Below, one piece after another: positions 38,981 to 50,738 of a stretch of DNA of 64,000 nt (the stretch's first letter is position 1; each line of letters begins with the position of its first letter). The DNA is from Octopus vulgaris (Eukaryota), in contig OX597839.1 of the NCBI GenBank assembly GCA_951406725.2, positions 37,448,001 to 37,512,000 of the forward strand, written 5' to 3'. The position numbers and the translations under genes are program-made. The notes under the pieces were generated by a model that was not told the DNA's origin, ran no database searches, and was given only the letters and a program-made list of their open reading frames with translations.

Positions 38981-39222
38981 GGTAAGAAAGTTGGTATGTG
39001 AAGCAGTATAAAAGTGTAAAAAAAAAACTCCAGAAGGCTTGTTTTAAAAGGTTAAAAAATATATATTTGAGTCAATATGTCTGAAGAATGTTATAACATT
39101 CTTCAGACATATTGACTCAAATATATATTTTTTAACCTTTTAAAACAAGCCTTCTGGAGTTTTTTCACTTTTTACTACTTTCTATATATTCAACCACGTG
39201 CTTTCACATACCAACTTTCTTA

Positions 39223-39224
<2 letters not shown>
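38981..39224. repeat. Palindromic element in (TA)n with a perfect, loopless 144-bp palindrome at 39022-39165
   Basis: Axis at TTA|TAA (39093/39094). The outer ends GGTAAGAAAGTTGGTATGTGAA and TTCACATACCAACTTTCTTACC are also complementary. Confidence 0.95.
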
Positions 39225-39279
<55 letters not shown>

Positions 39280-39289
39280 TTATAAAAGT

Positions 39290-40338
39290 TGGACCTAAGA
39301 AGCATCAGATGTGGTGTGCAAGAGAGACGACTGCGGTGGTATAGTCATGTGGTGAGAATGGATGAGGATAGTTGTGTGAAAAAGTGTCACACCCTAGCAG
39401 TTGAGGGAACCTGTGGAAGAGATAGATCCAGGAAGACCTGGTATGAGGTGGTGAAGCATGACCTTTGAACATTAGGCCTGACCGAGGCAATGACTAGTGA
39501 CCGAGACCTTTGGAAATATACTGTGCTTGAGAAGACCCAGCAAGCCAAGTGAGACCATAACCCTTGGTCTATGCCAGGGGTGTAACCAGTCCACTTATGC
39601 ATAACTTTCCTTCATTGGACACTAAACTCTGCTTGCAAAGACCTGTTGAAGCAAGCGAATGTGAAATCAAATTCAATGACAGCACTGCATGACTGGCATC
39701 CGTGCTAATGGAGTGCTAAGAGCATCATCCGAGCGTAATCGTTGCCAGGGCCACTGACGGGCTTCCGTGCCGGTGGCACATAAAAAGTACCATTCGAGTG
39801 TGATCATTACCAGCGTCGCCTTACTGGCACTTGTGCCAGTCACACGTGAAAAACAACATTAGAACGAGGTCATTGCCAGTGCCACTGGACTGGTTCCTGT
39901 GCAGGTGGCACGTAAAAACACCATTTGAGCGTGGCTGTTGCCAGTACCGCCTGACTGGCCCTTGTACTGTTGGTATGTAAAAGCACCCATCACTCCTGCT
40001 CCAGAGCGTCGGCTGCAGGGTCACTCCAAAAAGCTCTATCTGCGACGATTTCATCTCAATCGAAGGAGAAGGGCTTTCTCTGTCCGGGTTGCGGATCCGT
40101 GGAATAAGCTGCCGGACAAGTTAGTGAAGATGCCGACGACCGCTCGGTTCAAAGTCTCTCTTGACCAGAAATGGCCTGAACTCTTTGCATGAACACCCTC
40201 CTTGTACATAACTCCATGTCCCCCTAGATGGCCTTGCTTTTTGCTTTTTGAGCCAAAAAATTAACTTAACTATACTCTCAGAGTGGTTTGCGTTAGGAAG
40301 GGCATCCAGCTGTAGAAACTGCCAGATCAGATTGGAGC
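39290..40338 (+). mobile_element. RTE LINE 3' end (ORF C-terminus plus 3' UTR) interrupted by a CR1 fragment
   Basis: Broken frame HVVRMDEDSCVKKC...RSRKTWYEVVKHDL..LGLTEAMTSDRDLW is RTE-type. The UTR resumes after 40270. Confidence 0.8.
39991..40270 (+). mobile_element. CR1-like LINE 3' fragment (family 1), nested
   Basis: TPAPERRLQGHSKKL...RVADPWNKLP...WPELFA* with a (TTAAC)n tail. Confidence 0.9.
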
Positions 40339-41071
40339 AAAACCCTTTGTACTTTTCATCCTGTGTTTGTCCTTACATGTTTTTGATTTATGTTAGCCCT
40401 TGTGGCTAATAAAACCAGAAATAATAATAATTATTATTATTATGTACTAGTGGAGGGAAGTTATCTTTCCCCATGCCGAACAGACACCTCTGACATAAAG
40501 TACCATTTATGTCCTGGGTCATACAATCTTTGCCTCCACAACCTGTGTGGCTTTCCTTGTACCGATATTAGAAACAATAACGTCACAATCAGAGGAACAT
40601 CAAATAAAGTACCTTGTGGTATTTAGTTAATGACATGGATTTAATCAACTAAACCCTTCTCTCTTTCAGCCTGTCGTTAATATTAGGAATGCTATTATTA
40701 GCAATGGTATTAATTAGTGCTTGTTGGTGGTGTTATTTGCTGAAAGTATTTCTACAGTAACTACTTTGTTTCTGCCTATAAACACACTGACTACTCTGTG
40801 TGTGTGTGTGAGTGCCTATCTGATCTACCTATCTATATATATGTATATATATGTATATATAATGTCAGTGTGTGTTATTAGCAATTTTCTTTGTTCAATG
40901 GTATTTCCAGTCAATCTCTCCCTGAGTCGTTCCTCTCTCACAGACAGTAACTTTTTTTATGGACTTCGCCTCACTTCCTATTTTCTGGTTAACCTTTGTG
41001 TGTACAAATGCATAGCTGTGTTTGTCGGTCGGTATATGTACAAGCATGTGTTTTGTAATTAGAACAGTAGT

Positions 41072-41390
41072 GAGGGCGCGTGGCTTAGTGGTTAGGGCAT
41101 TCGGCTCATGATCGTAAGGTTGTGAGTTCGATTCCCGGCGACGCGTTGTGTCCTTGAGCAAGACACTTTATTTCACGTTGATCCAGTCCACTCAGCTGGC
41201 AAAAATGAGTTGTACTTGTATTTCAAAGGGTCAGCCTTGTCACTCTCTGCGTCACGCTGATTATCCCCAAGAACTACGTTAAGGGTACACGTGTCTGTGG
41301 AATGCTCAGCCATTTGCACGTTAATTTCACGAGCAAGCTGTTCCGTTGATCGTATCAGCTGGGACCCTCGTCGTCGTAACCGGCGGAGTC
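41072..41390 (+). mobile_element. tRNA-derived SINE (family F)
   Basis: GGCGCGTGGCTTAGTGGTTAGG A box, GAGTTCGATTC B box, GTGTCCTTGAGCAAGACACTT core. Confidence 0.75.
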
Positions 41391-42419
41391 TTTAAAAAAT
41401 TAGAACAGTCTTTTATTTTTGTTTGTTCAACCACCCGATCGGGTACACTGATAATGCCAGCTTTACTCACTTTTAACAGTTCCTCTCTGAGGATGGCCAC
41501 AGGCATAACAGAATATTCAGGGTTTTGTTTTTCTTTTTTATTATTTTCCTTTTTTAGCAGAGACATGGCCCCTTATACAGGTAGAGTCTAGACTGCTAAA
41601 CAGTTTGAAATTTCTACTACTATTTACTATTTTACTTGTTTCAGTCATTTGACTGCGGCCATGCTGGAGCACCGCCTTTAGTTGAGCAAATTGACCCCAA
41701 GGCTTATTCTTTGTAAGCCTAGTGCTTATTCTATCGGTCTCTTTTGCTGAACCGCTAAGTTACGGGGACGTAAACACACTGGCATCGGTTGTCAAGCGAT
41801 GCTGGTGGGGACAAATACAGACACACAAACATATACACACACATATATTCATACATATACATATATATATACGACGGGCTTCTTCAGTTTCCGTCTGCCA
41901 AATCCACTCACAAGGCTTTGGTCGGCCTGAGGCTATAGTAGAAGACACTTGCCCAAGGTGCTACGCAGTGGCACTGAACCCGGAACCATGTGGTTCATAA
42001 GCAAGCTACTTACCACACAGCAACTCTTACGCCTAGTGAAATTTATGAAACCAAATACACAAAAATATTTACAATGCTGGAGATATTTCCATGAAGTTTA
42101 ATAGTGATTTCTCTATAATAAATCCTCGACATTTTTTAAGGGCCACTTTTCCAGTTTTTTAAATTTTTAATCAGGAATAAAAAAGTGCAACTTATACACG
42201 AGTAAATATGATGTGTATATGTGTTTGTTTGCATTTTGACTTCTCCAAAAATTGCTGAGCTGCAAGCAGTGAAGTTCTTGTCATTTCTCCTGTCAGCAAA
42301 TTATCTGCTAGCTTTGTGTCTTTGAAGGTGTGTAGAATAAGAGTTCCCTTACTTGGAAAACAGGTAAGGGTTAGCGACAGGAAAACTGTCCTCCTGTAAA
42401 ACAATACTGCCTCAATATT

Positions 42420-42938
42420 ATAATAATAATAATGAAATTATTGTATACAGTGCTCAGGTGCACCACAACTTGTCAGAAAGTGCGTATAAAGTACATGCAG
42501 TAATGTACAAATGTCTGAAAAGCGAACAATGCTTGTGTGTGTATGGAGGGGAGAAAATCAAGTGTAGTGTTGGCGAATCTCAGGAAGCATGGAAGTTTTG
42601 AAGGATGCTGTGCTCCGACAACTAACAACTGATGCCGGCAGTTTGTTCCATGCTTCAGCAACTCTCATCGTGAAAAAATGTTTCCTGAAGTCATGGGAGC
42701 TGTGCTGTTTTCTGACTTTGTAAATATGTCCACGGGTGTTAGATGGGTGGAGTTTGAAAAGGTGCTCAGAGTTATTGTTTGTAAGATGGTTGATAATTTT
42801 ATGGGTGTCTGCCAAGTCAGCTGCCAGACGTCGGAGTTTCAATGTGTCCATGCCCAGGGAAGTAAGGCGTTCAGAATATGGCAAATGCCTGATGGAGGGT
42901 ATTCTTTTGGTTGCACGTCGCTGAACAGCTTCCAGACC
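42420..42938 (-). mobile_element. CR1-like LINE 3' fragment (family 2)
   Basis: [43 protein letters not shown]. Confidence 0.9.
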
Positions 42939-43056
42939 TATGCTTGCATGAAAAAAAATGGACATAAAAAAAAACCCAGATGAATTTGTATAAATGAAGT
43001 TACTGTTGTCATTCAGTTTATAAACTGGATTTTTTTTGTTCTATTTTTTTGTGCAG

Positions 43057-43224
43057 ACCAAGAAAAAGATTGAAAGCATTAAAACCGTTCTGAATTCCAA
43101 AAACATTGAATTTACCGAAATTGACATTTCCAAGGATGTGGAGGACAAAAACAAGATGCGTTCGTTGTGTGGCAATGAAGCAGCCCTCCCACCACAGTTG
43201 TTCAATGAAGAGGAATATTTAGGG
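43057..43224 (+). CDS. SH3BGRL3: SH3BGRL3-like protein, coding exon 2 (TKKKIESIK...ALPPQLFNEEEYLG)
   Basis: Poly-T tract and TGCAG acceptor, 168 nt in phase 0-0, GTGAGT donor. DIS and PPQxFN..YxG motifs are typical of the SH3BGR family. Confidence 0.93.
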
Positions 43225-43269
43225 GTGAGTTGACTGTTAATATTTCCTTTTGAGTTTTTGTTGTTGTTG

Positions 43270-43496
43270 TACCCTTTTGTTACTAACCCGGCCAAAACCG
43301 GCTCTGGCTCTGTGGTAAAATGTCCTGCTTTCATAAGTTTTGAATTAAAATATTCCACCAAGCCTTAGTCACAATTTATGTTCCAAACACTAGCTTAATG
43401 ATAACTAAGTTATTTTACAAAGTCCTTTGTTATATTTAAAATAATTGAAAGAAACACAGAGCATCTCAAAATAAATACAGTAATGAAAGGGTTAAC
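43270..43496. mobile_element. piggyBac-like MITE
   Basis: CCCTTTTGTTAC ... GTAATGAAAGGG-TTAA; same family as 33531. Confidence 0.8.
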
Positions 43497-44689
43497 TCCT
43501 ATCTTTGTCCTGATCCATCAGCCCTTGCCACTCTGGGTTTTTTTTTACCTCCCATGTAATCTCCCACTTCAGCTCTAACCCCACATGAAGTCTCTTAACT
43601 CTACCCTTATCCACCAGCCCCCTGGTTTGCCTTTTTCATCATCAGTCAATGATATTGCAGAGACAATAACTTCACCACCTCTGCTGTGCCTGGGCTGTTT
43701 CCAGCAGCATCTGCCTGGCTCCAGGTACCCTTACAAACCTCTCCACTTGTGGATGTGTCACAAGGAAAAGATAATGCATTTGCAGCATCCATGGAGTAGC
43801 AGGGAATGCCAGATATTGGTTAAGTATAACCATGCATATCTGTGTGAGGGTCACTTTGGATTATGTAGCCCTAAATACTCATAAACAGGTAGGGTGGTCA
43901 TGGCTAGAATGATCAGAGTTCACCTGGGACTAAACAATGACAAGATATTTGGTTAAATGAAAGCATTTTAGACATACCAGGTGTCTTGTTTTGTAGAGGC
44001 CCTCCCATTGATAGGCTAATATATGGTGGTTTATTGTATATTAGATGTTGTGTGATAGTCTAGTCATGTTTATCCTTTACAGTGGAGGAGAACAAGGTGG
44101 ACTTGACCAGAGCGCAACAGATGCTGGTTTTTCTGCACCTGTTGCTGGTGGTGGTGCAGATGTCGGGGACAGTATTTTGTGATTAATGAGACTGTTGATG
44201 TTTCCCTTTTTTTTTTCTGTGTATATGCATTCTTTTTTAATAAGGTTTGTCTAGATTGAATGAATGAGATGGTGTAATTGTCATGTCACCTGGGTCAACT
44301 GTGAGAAGATGTGAATGTGTTTTGTGGAGCAAGAGAGAGAGAGAGTTGTGAAGACATGGGTGTGTTTGTAAAGAGAGACACTGCTGAGTCTGATAAAACA
44401 TGTTTATCCTTGCAAAGCGAGAGAGAGAGAGAGAGAGAGAGACGGCTGTCAATAGACTTGAGTTTGTAACAAGTTAGATTACACTGTCTCTCCTTCATGG
44501 AATGTGAAATATTTCCACAGCAATTAAACACCTGTCTTACTTCACCATCCCTTCCTCCTCATCGCCTCACCTTGACCTTTCAATCTCTCATTACCGACTT
44601 CTTGTCTTCTCTTTGTAATTATTAACACGTACAGCTTCCTATCTGTCATACATCAATGTGTATCTTCATATTGGTGTGTACTATATCAT

Positions 44690-46730
44690 ACATTCATGTG
44701 TACTATGTAAGATCATTGTGTACTGTGTCACATTGATGTGTACCATGTCATACATTCATGTGTACTATGTAAGATCATTGTGTACTGTGTCACATTGATG
44801 TGTACTGTGTCATACATTCATGTGTACTATGTAAGATCATTGTGTACTGTGTCACATTGATGTGTACTATGTAAGATCATTGTGTACTGTGTCACATTGA
44901 TGTGTACTATGTAAGATCATTGTGTACTGTGTCACATTGATGTGTACTATGTAAGATCATTGTGTACTGTGTCACATTGATGTGTACTATGTAAGATCAT
45001 TGTGTACTGTGTCACATTGATGTGTACTATGTAAGATCATTGTGTACTGTGTCACATTGATGTGTACTATGTAAGATCATTGTGTACTGTGTCACATTGA
45101 TGTGTACTATGTAAGATCATTGTGTACTGTGTCACATTGATGTGTACTATGTAAGATCATTGTGTACTGTGTCACATTGATGTGTACTATGTAAGATCAT
45201 TGTGTACTGTGTCACATTGATGTGTACTATGTAAGATCATTGTGTACTGTGTCACATTGATGTGTACTATGTAAGATCATTGTGTGTGCTGTGTCACATT
45301 GATGTGTACTATGTAAGATCATTGTGTACTGTGTCACATTGATGTGTACTATGTAAGATCATTGTGTACTGTGTCACATTGATGTGTACTATGTAAGATC
45401 ATTGTGTACTGTGTCACATTGATGTGTACTATGTAAGATCATTGTGTACTGTGTCACATTGATGTGTACTATGTAAGATCATTGTGTACTGTGTCACATT
45501 GATGTGTACTATGTAAGATCATTGTGTAATGTGTCACATTGATGTGTACTATGTAAGATCATTGTGTACTGTGTCAAATTGATGTATACTATGTAAGATC
45601 ATTGTGTACTGTGTCACATTGATGTGTACTATGTAAGATCATTGTGTACTGTGTCACATTGATGTGTACTATGTAAGATCATTGTGTACTGTGTCACATT
45701 GATGTGTACTATGTAAGATCATTGTGTACTGTGTCACATTGATGTGTACTATGTAAGATCATTGTGTACTGTGTCACATTGATGTGTACTATGTAAGATC
45801 ATTGTGTACTGTGTCACATTGATGTGTACTATGTAAGATCATTGTGTACTGTGTCACATTGATGTGTACAATGTAAGATCATTGTGTACTGTGTCACATT
45901 GATGTGTACTATGTAAGATCATTGTGTACTGTGTCACATTGATGTGTACTATGTAAGATCATTGTGTACTGTGTCACATTGATGTGTACTATGTAAGATC
46001 ATTGTGTACTGTGTCACATTGATGTGTACTATGTAAGATCATTGTGTACTGTGTCACATTGATGTGTACTATGTAAGATCATTGTGTACTGTGTCACATT
46101 GATGTGTACTATGTAAGATCATTGTGTACTGTGTCACATTGATGTGTACTATGTAAGATCATTGTGTACTGTGTCACATTGATGTGTACTATGTAAGATC
46201 ATTGTGTACTGTGTCACATTGATGTGTACTATGTAAGATCATTGTGTACTGTGTCACATTGATGTGTACTATGTAAGATCATTGTGTACTGTGTCACATT
46301 GATGTGTACTATGTAAGATCATTGTGTACTGTGTCACATTGATGTGTACTATGTAAGATCATTGTGTACTGTGTCACATTGATGTATACTATGTAAGATC
46401 ATAGTGTGTGCTGTGTCACATTGATGTGTACTATGTAAGATCATTGTGTACTGTGTCACATTGATGTATACTATGTAAGATCATTGTGTACTGTGTCACA
46501 TTGATGTGTACTATGTAAGATCATTGTGTGTGCTGTGTCACATTGATGTATACTATGTAAGATCATTGTGTACTGTGTCACATTGATGTGTACTATGTAA
46601 GATCATTGTGTACTGTGTCACATTGATGTGTACTATGTAAGATCATTGTGTACTGTGTCACATTGATGTGTACTATGTAAGATCATTGTGTGTGCTGTGT
46701 CACATTGATGTATACTATGTGTCATACGTG
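44690..46730. repeat. 40-bp tandem satellite, about 50 copies
   Basis: Unit TGTGTACTATGTAAGATCAT-TGTGTACTGTGTCACATTGA, nearly invariant. Confidence 0.97.
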
Positions 46731-47449
46731 CAGTGTCATTCATTTCTAATATTCTGCAAAAGCATTGTTTGGCAATGGGGAAATGTTACACCTCATTTGG
46801 AAACGGGTGGGGGTTGGCAACAGGAAGAATATCTGGTCATGGAAAATCCAACTTGGTAAACTCCGTCTGACTCCTGTAAGCATTCAAGAATAAGCCCCAT
46901 GATGATGGTGGACCAAATTAATGAAAACGTAGTACAGGTGTGTATATAAATCGTTATCATCATCATCATTTTGTATTTCTTTACTACCCACAAGGGGCTA
47001 AACGCAGAGTACAAACAAGGACAGACAAATGGATTAAGTCGATTATATCGCACCCAGTGCGTAACTGGTACTTATTTAATCGACCCCGAAAGGACGAAAG
47101 GCAAAGTCGACCTCGGCGGAATTTGAACTCAGTACTCAGACGAAATACAGCTACGCATTTCGCCCGGCGTGCTAACGTTTCTGCCAGCTCATCATCTTCA
47201 TTGTTTTAGCATTCACCTCTCCATGTTTGAACGGGGTTGGGCAAAGCTTGTTGAAGCAGATTTTCTAAGACTGGACGCTCTTCCTGTTGCCAACCTTCGT
47301 TTCCAAGGGAGGTAATCTTTTCCCATGGCCAGACATGATTTTCAAACAAAACTGGGAATGAAGGATGCCATTTGTTTACAACTATGATGCAATGTTAAGG
47401 CAAGGGGCACATTAAAACAAGCACACGCACAAAACGAGAAGTTTCTTTT

Positions 47450-47860
47450 GAAAGGCTGAGGACGCTCGACCTTTATTCTCTTGAAAAACGCCGCCGCCGT
47501 GGTGATCTCATTCTCGCCCACAACATCATAAGCGGAAAGTGTAACCTCTCGAAAGAGCTGTTCTTCACTCCTGCTCCAGAGCGTCGGCTGCGGGGTCATT
47601 CCGAAAAGCTCTATCTGCGACGATTTCATCTCAATCGAAGGAGAGGAGCTTTCTCCGTCCAGGTTGCGGATCCTTGGAACAAGCTGCCAGACGAGATGGT
47701 GAAGATGCCGACGACCGCTTTGTTCAAAGCCTCCCTGGACCTCAAGTGGCCTGAACTCTTTACATGAACACCACCCTGTACTTAACTCCATGTCCCCCTA
47801 CATGGCCTTGCTATTTGCTTTTGAGCCAAATTAACTAACTAACTAACTAACTAACTAACT
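47450..47860 (+). mobile_element. CR1-like LINE 3' fragment (family 1)
   Basis: Same ORF end as 28690, with a (TAAC)n tail. Confidence 0.9.
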
Positions 47861-48086
47861 TCTGTCTACCAAGTCCATTCAGAAGGCTTTCGTTAGCCCA
47901 GGGTTATAGTAGAAGACAACTGCCCAAGATGCCATGCAGTGGGATTGAATCCGAAGCCATGTGGTCGACCACGTGGCTTCAGGTTCAATCCCTCGCCAGT
48001 ACCTATAAAATTCTCTCTCTAAAAATTAACTGATAATTTTGTAATGAAATAGTTTTTTTAATCTTTTTGCTTCGTCTCCCTTGCAG

Positions 48087-48152
48087 GATTACGACCTGTT
48101 TTATGAGGCCGTTGAGGCCCAGGATGTAAAGAAATTTCTGAAACTTGAATGA
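48087..48152 (+). CDS. SH3BGRL3: SH3BGRL3-like protein, coding exon 3 (DYDLFYEAVEAQDVKKFLKLE*)
   Basis: Pyrimidine tract and TTGCAG acceptor. DY.LF.EAVE...FLKL matches the SH3BGRL3 C-terminus. TGA at 48150-48152; total protein 92 aa. Confidence 0.93.
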   Translation, partial: DYDLFYEAVEAQDVKKFLKLE

Positions 48153-48214
48153 AACATTGGTGTAAGTATATTACTATGACTACTACTCCTCCTCTCACCA
48201 CACCACCACTACTT

Positions 48215-48933
48215 TTACTACTACTACTACTACAATCACTACTGCTACCTCTACTACTACTATCACTACTGCTACCTCTACTACAATCACTACTACTACT
48301 ATCACTACTGCTACCTCTACTACAATCACTACTGCTACCTCTACTACAATCACTACTACTACTATCACTACTGCTACCTCTACTACAATCACTACTACTA
48401 CTATCACTACTGCTACCTCTACTACAATCACTACTGCTACCTCTACTACAATCACTACTACTACTATCACTACTGCTACCTCTACTACAATCACTACTAC
48501 TACTATCACTACTGCTACCTCTACTACAATCACTACTACTACTATCACTACTGCTACCTCTACTACAATCACTACTGCTACCTCTACTACAATCACTACT
48601 GCTACCTCTACTACAATCACTACTACTACTATCACTACTGCTACCTCTACTACAATCACTACTACTACTATCACTACTGCTACCTCTACTACAATCACTA
48701 CTGCTACCTCTACTACAATCACTACTGCTACCTCTACTACAATCACTACTACTACTATCACTACTGCTACCTCTACTACAATCACTACTGCTACCTCTAC
48801 TACAATCACTACTACTACTATCACTACTGCTACCTCTACTACAATCACTACTACTACTATCACTACTGCTACCTCTACTACAATCACTACTACTACTATC
48901 ACTACTGCTACCTCTACTACAATCACTACTACT
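48215..48933. repeat. Compound minisatellite of 12/24/36-bp CTA-rich modules
   Basis: Modules CTACTACAATCA, CTACTACTATCA and CTACTGCTACCT in variable order. Confidence 0.95.
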
Positions 48934-49297
48934 ATTTATATGTCTTACCAGTGTTGGGAGAGTGATTATGACAGGGAATTGTCTCCTCTTGACTAACTTA
49001 CATAAAAAAGACTTCTTTAAAACAGTCCCCTTGCTGCCTCCCTCTACAGCACATTTTTTAGCCCCGGGTCAGCCCCCCGAGGCGTTCCTGACACAACCAT
49101 TCCCATCTTTTTATCAGGCTACTGGATTAAACCAGACTGTACCAGTTTGGTGGGGAAACTAGTTTTCTTTGCTTTGCTTCATATTTTCTCTTCTAAAAAT
49201 AATTGTACTGAAACAATTAAAATATTTGCGATTCAGTCTTTGTAAACCACAACTATTGTCATAATGCTACAAAACTGTTGTTTTGTAATGTTTGTCA

Positions 49298-49876
49298 TTC
49301 GGCACGTAAAAAGCACCATCCGATCGTGGCCGTTGCTAGCCTTGCCTGGCCCCCATGCTGGTGGCACGTAAAAAGCACCATCCGATCGTGGCCGTTGCCA
49401 GCCTTGCCTGGCCCCGTGCTGGTGGAACGTAAAAAGCACCATCCGATCGTGGCCGTTGGCAGCCTCGCCTGGCCCCCGTGCAGGTGGCACGTAAAAAGCA
49501 CCATCCAATCGTGGACGTTTGCCAGCCTCGCCTGGCCCCCATGCCGGTGGCACGTAAAAAGCACCATCCGATCGGAGCCGTTGGCAGCCTCGCCTGGCAC
49601 CTATGTCGGTGGCACGTAAAAAGCACCATCCGATCGGGGCCATTGGCAGCCTCGCCTGGCCCCCGTGCCGGTGGAACGTAAAAAGCACCATCCGATCGTG
49701 GCCATTTGCCACCCACTACACTCACGGAGTGGTTGGCGTTAGGAAGGGCATCCAGACGTAGAAACATTGCCAGATCAGACTGGGCCTGATGCAGCCTTCC
49801 AGCTTCACAGACCCCAGTTGGACCGTCCAACCCATGCTAGCATGGAAAGCGGACGCTAAACGATGATGATGATGAT
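49298..49876 (+). mobile_element. RTE 3' UTR fragment (family C) with 7 tandem ~62-bp units
   Basis: AAAAAGCACC recurs every ~62 bp from 49308 to 49690; (GAT)n tail. Confidence 0.85.
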
Positions 49877-50414
49877 CATAATCATTCATAATGTTCACTA
49901 TAAGCTCCAGCATGGCTGTGTGGTTAAGAAGCTTGCTTTGCAACCAGAAGGAAACTGTGTGGAAGCCCTATCCCAACCACATTGTTCTGGGGTCAGTCCC
50001 ACTGTGTGGCACCTTCAGCAAGTGTCTTCTACTATAGCCTCAGGCTGACCAAAGCCTTGTGAGCAGATTTGGTAGACAGAAACTGAAAGAAGCCTGTCAA
50101 ATATGTCTGTGTTTTTTTTTGTCCCCCCACCACCACCACCTAACAACTGGTGTTGGTGTGTTTACATCCCCGTAATTTAGCAGTTTGGCAAAAGATTCTG
50201 ATAGAATAAGTATCAGGCTTCAAAGCAAAAAAAAAAAAGTACTGGAGTTGATTTGTTTGACTAAAAGTTTTTTTCAAGGTGGTGCTCCAGCATGGCCATA
50301 GTGTAATGACTGAAAGGAGTAAAATATAAACGGTGTATCTACATATATATATATATATATATATATCTACTTATATTGCAAAATGACTGGTACTGTTTTA
50401 ACTGCATGTTTTAT

Positions 50415-50738
50415 AAGTGGAAAGTGTAACCTCTCGAAAGAGCTGTTCTTCACTCCTGCTCCCAAGCGTAGGCTGCGGGGTCACTCCGGAAAACTCTATC
50501 TGCGACGATTTCATCTCAATCGAAGGAGAGGGGCTTTCTCCGTCCGGGTTGCGGATCCGTGGAATAAGCTGCCGGACGAGATAGTGAAGATGCCGACTAC
50601 CGCTCGGTTCAAAGAATCTCTTAACCAGAAATGGCCTGAACTCTTTGCATGAACACCCTCCCTGTACATAACTCCATGTCCCCCTACATGGCCTTGCTTT
50701 TTGCTTTTTGAGCCAAAAAAAATTAACTTAACTAACTA
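50415..50738 (+). mobile_element. CR1-like LINE 3' fragment (family 1)
   Basis: SGKCNLSKELFF...WPELFA* plus the 3' UTR. Confidence 0.9.

Noticed and set aside
48149-49162. 337-aa Leu-rich ORF and the antisense 243-aa Val-rich ORF
   Set aside because: Translation of a CTA-based minisatellite whose modules are multiples of 3; lies in a probable intron.
49233-49830. Repetitive ORFs (ANGHDRMVLFTCH...) as a repeat protein family
   Set aside because: Open in several frames and on both strands of a GC-rich non-coding retroelement UTR repeat, with frameshifts between copies.
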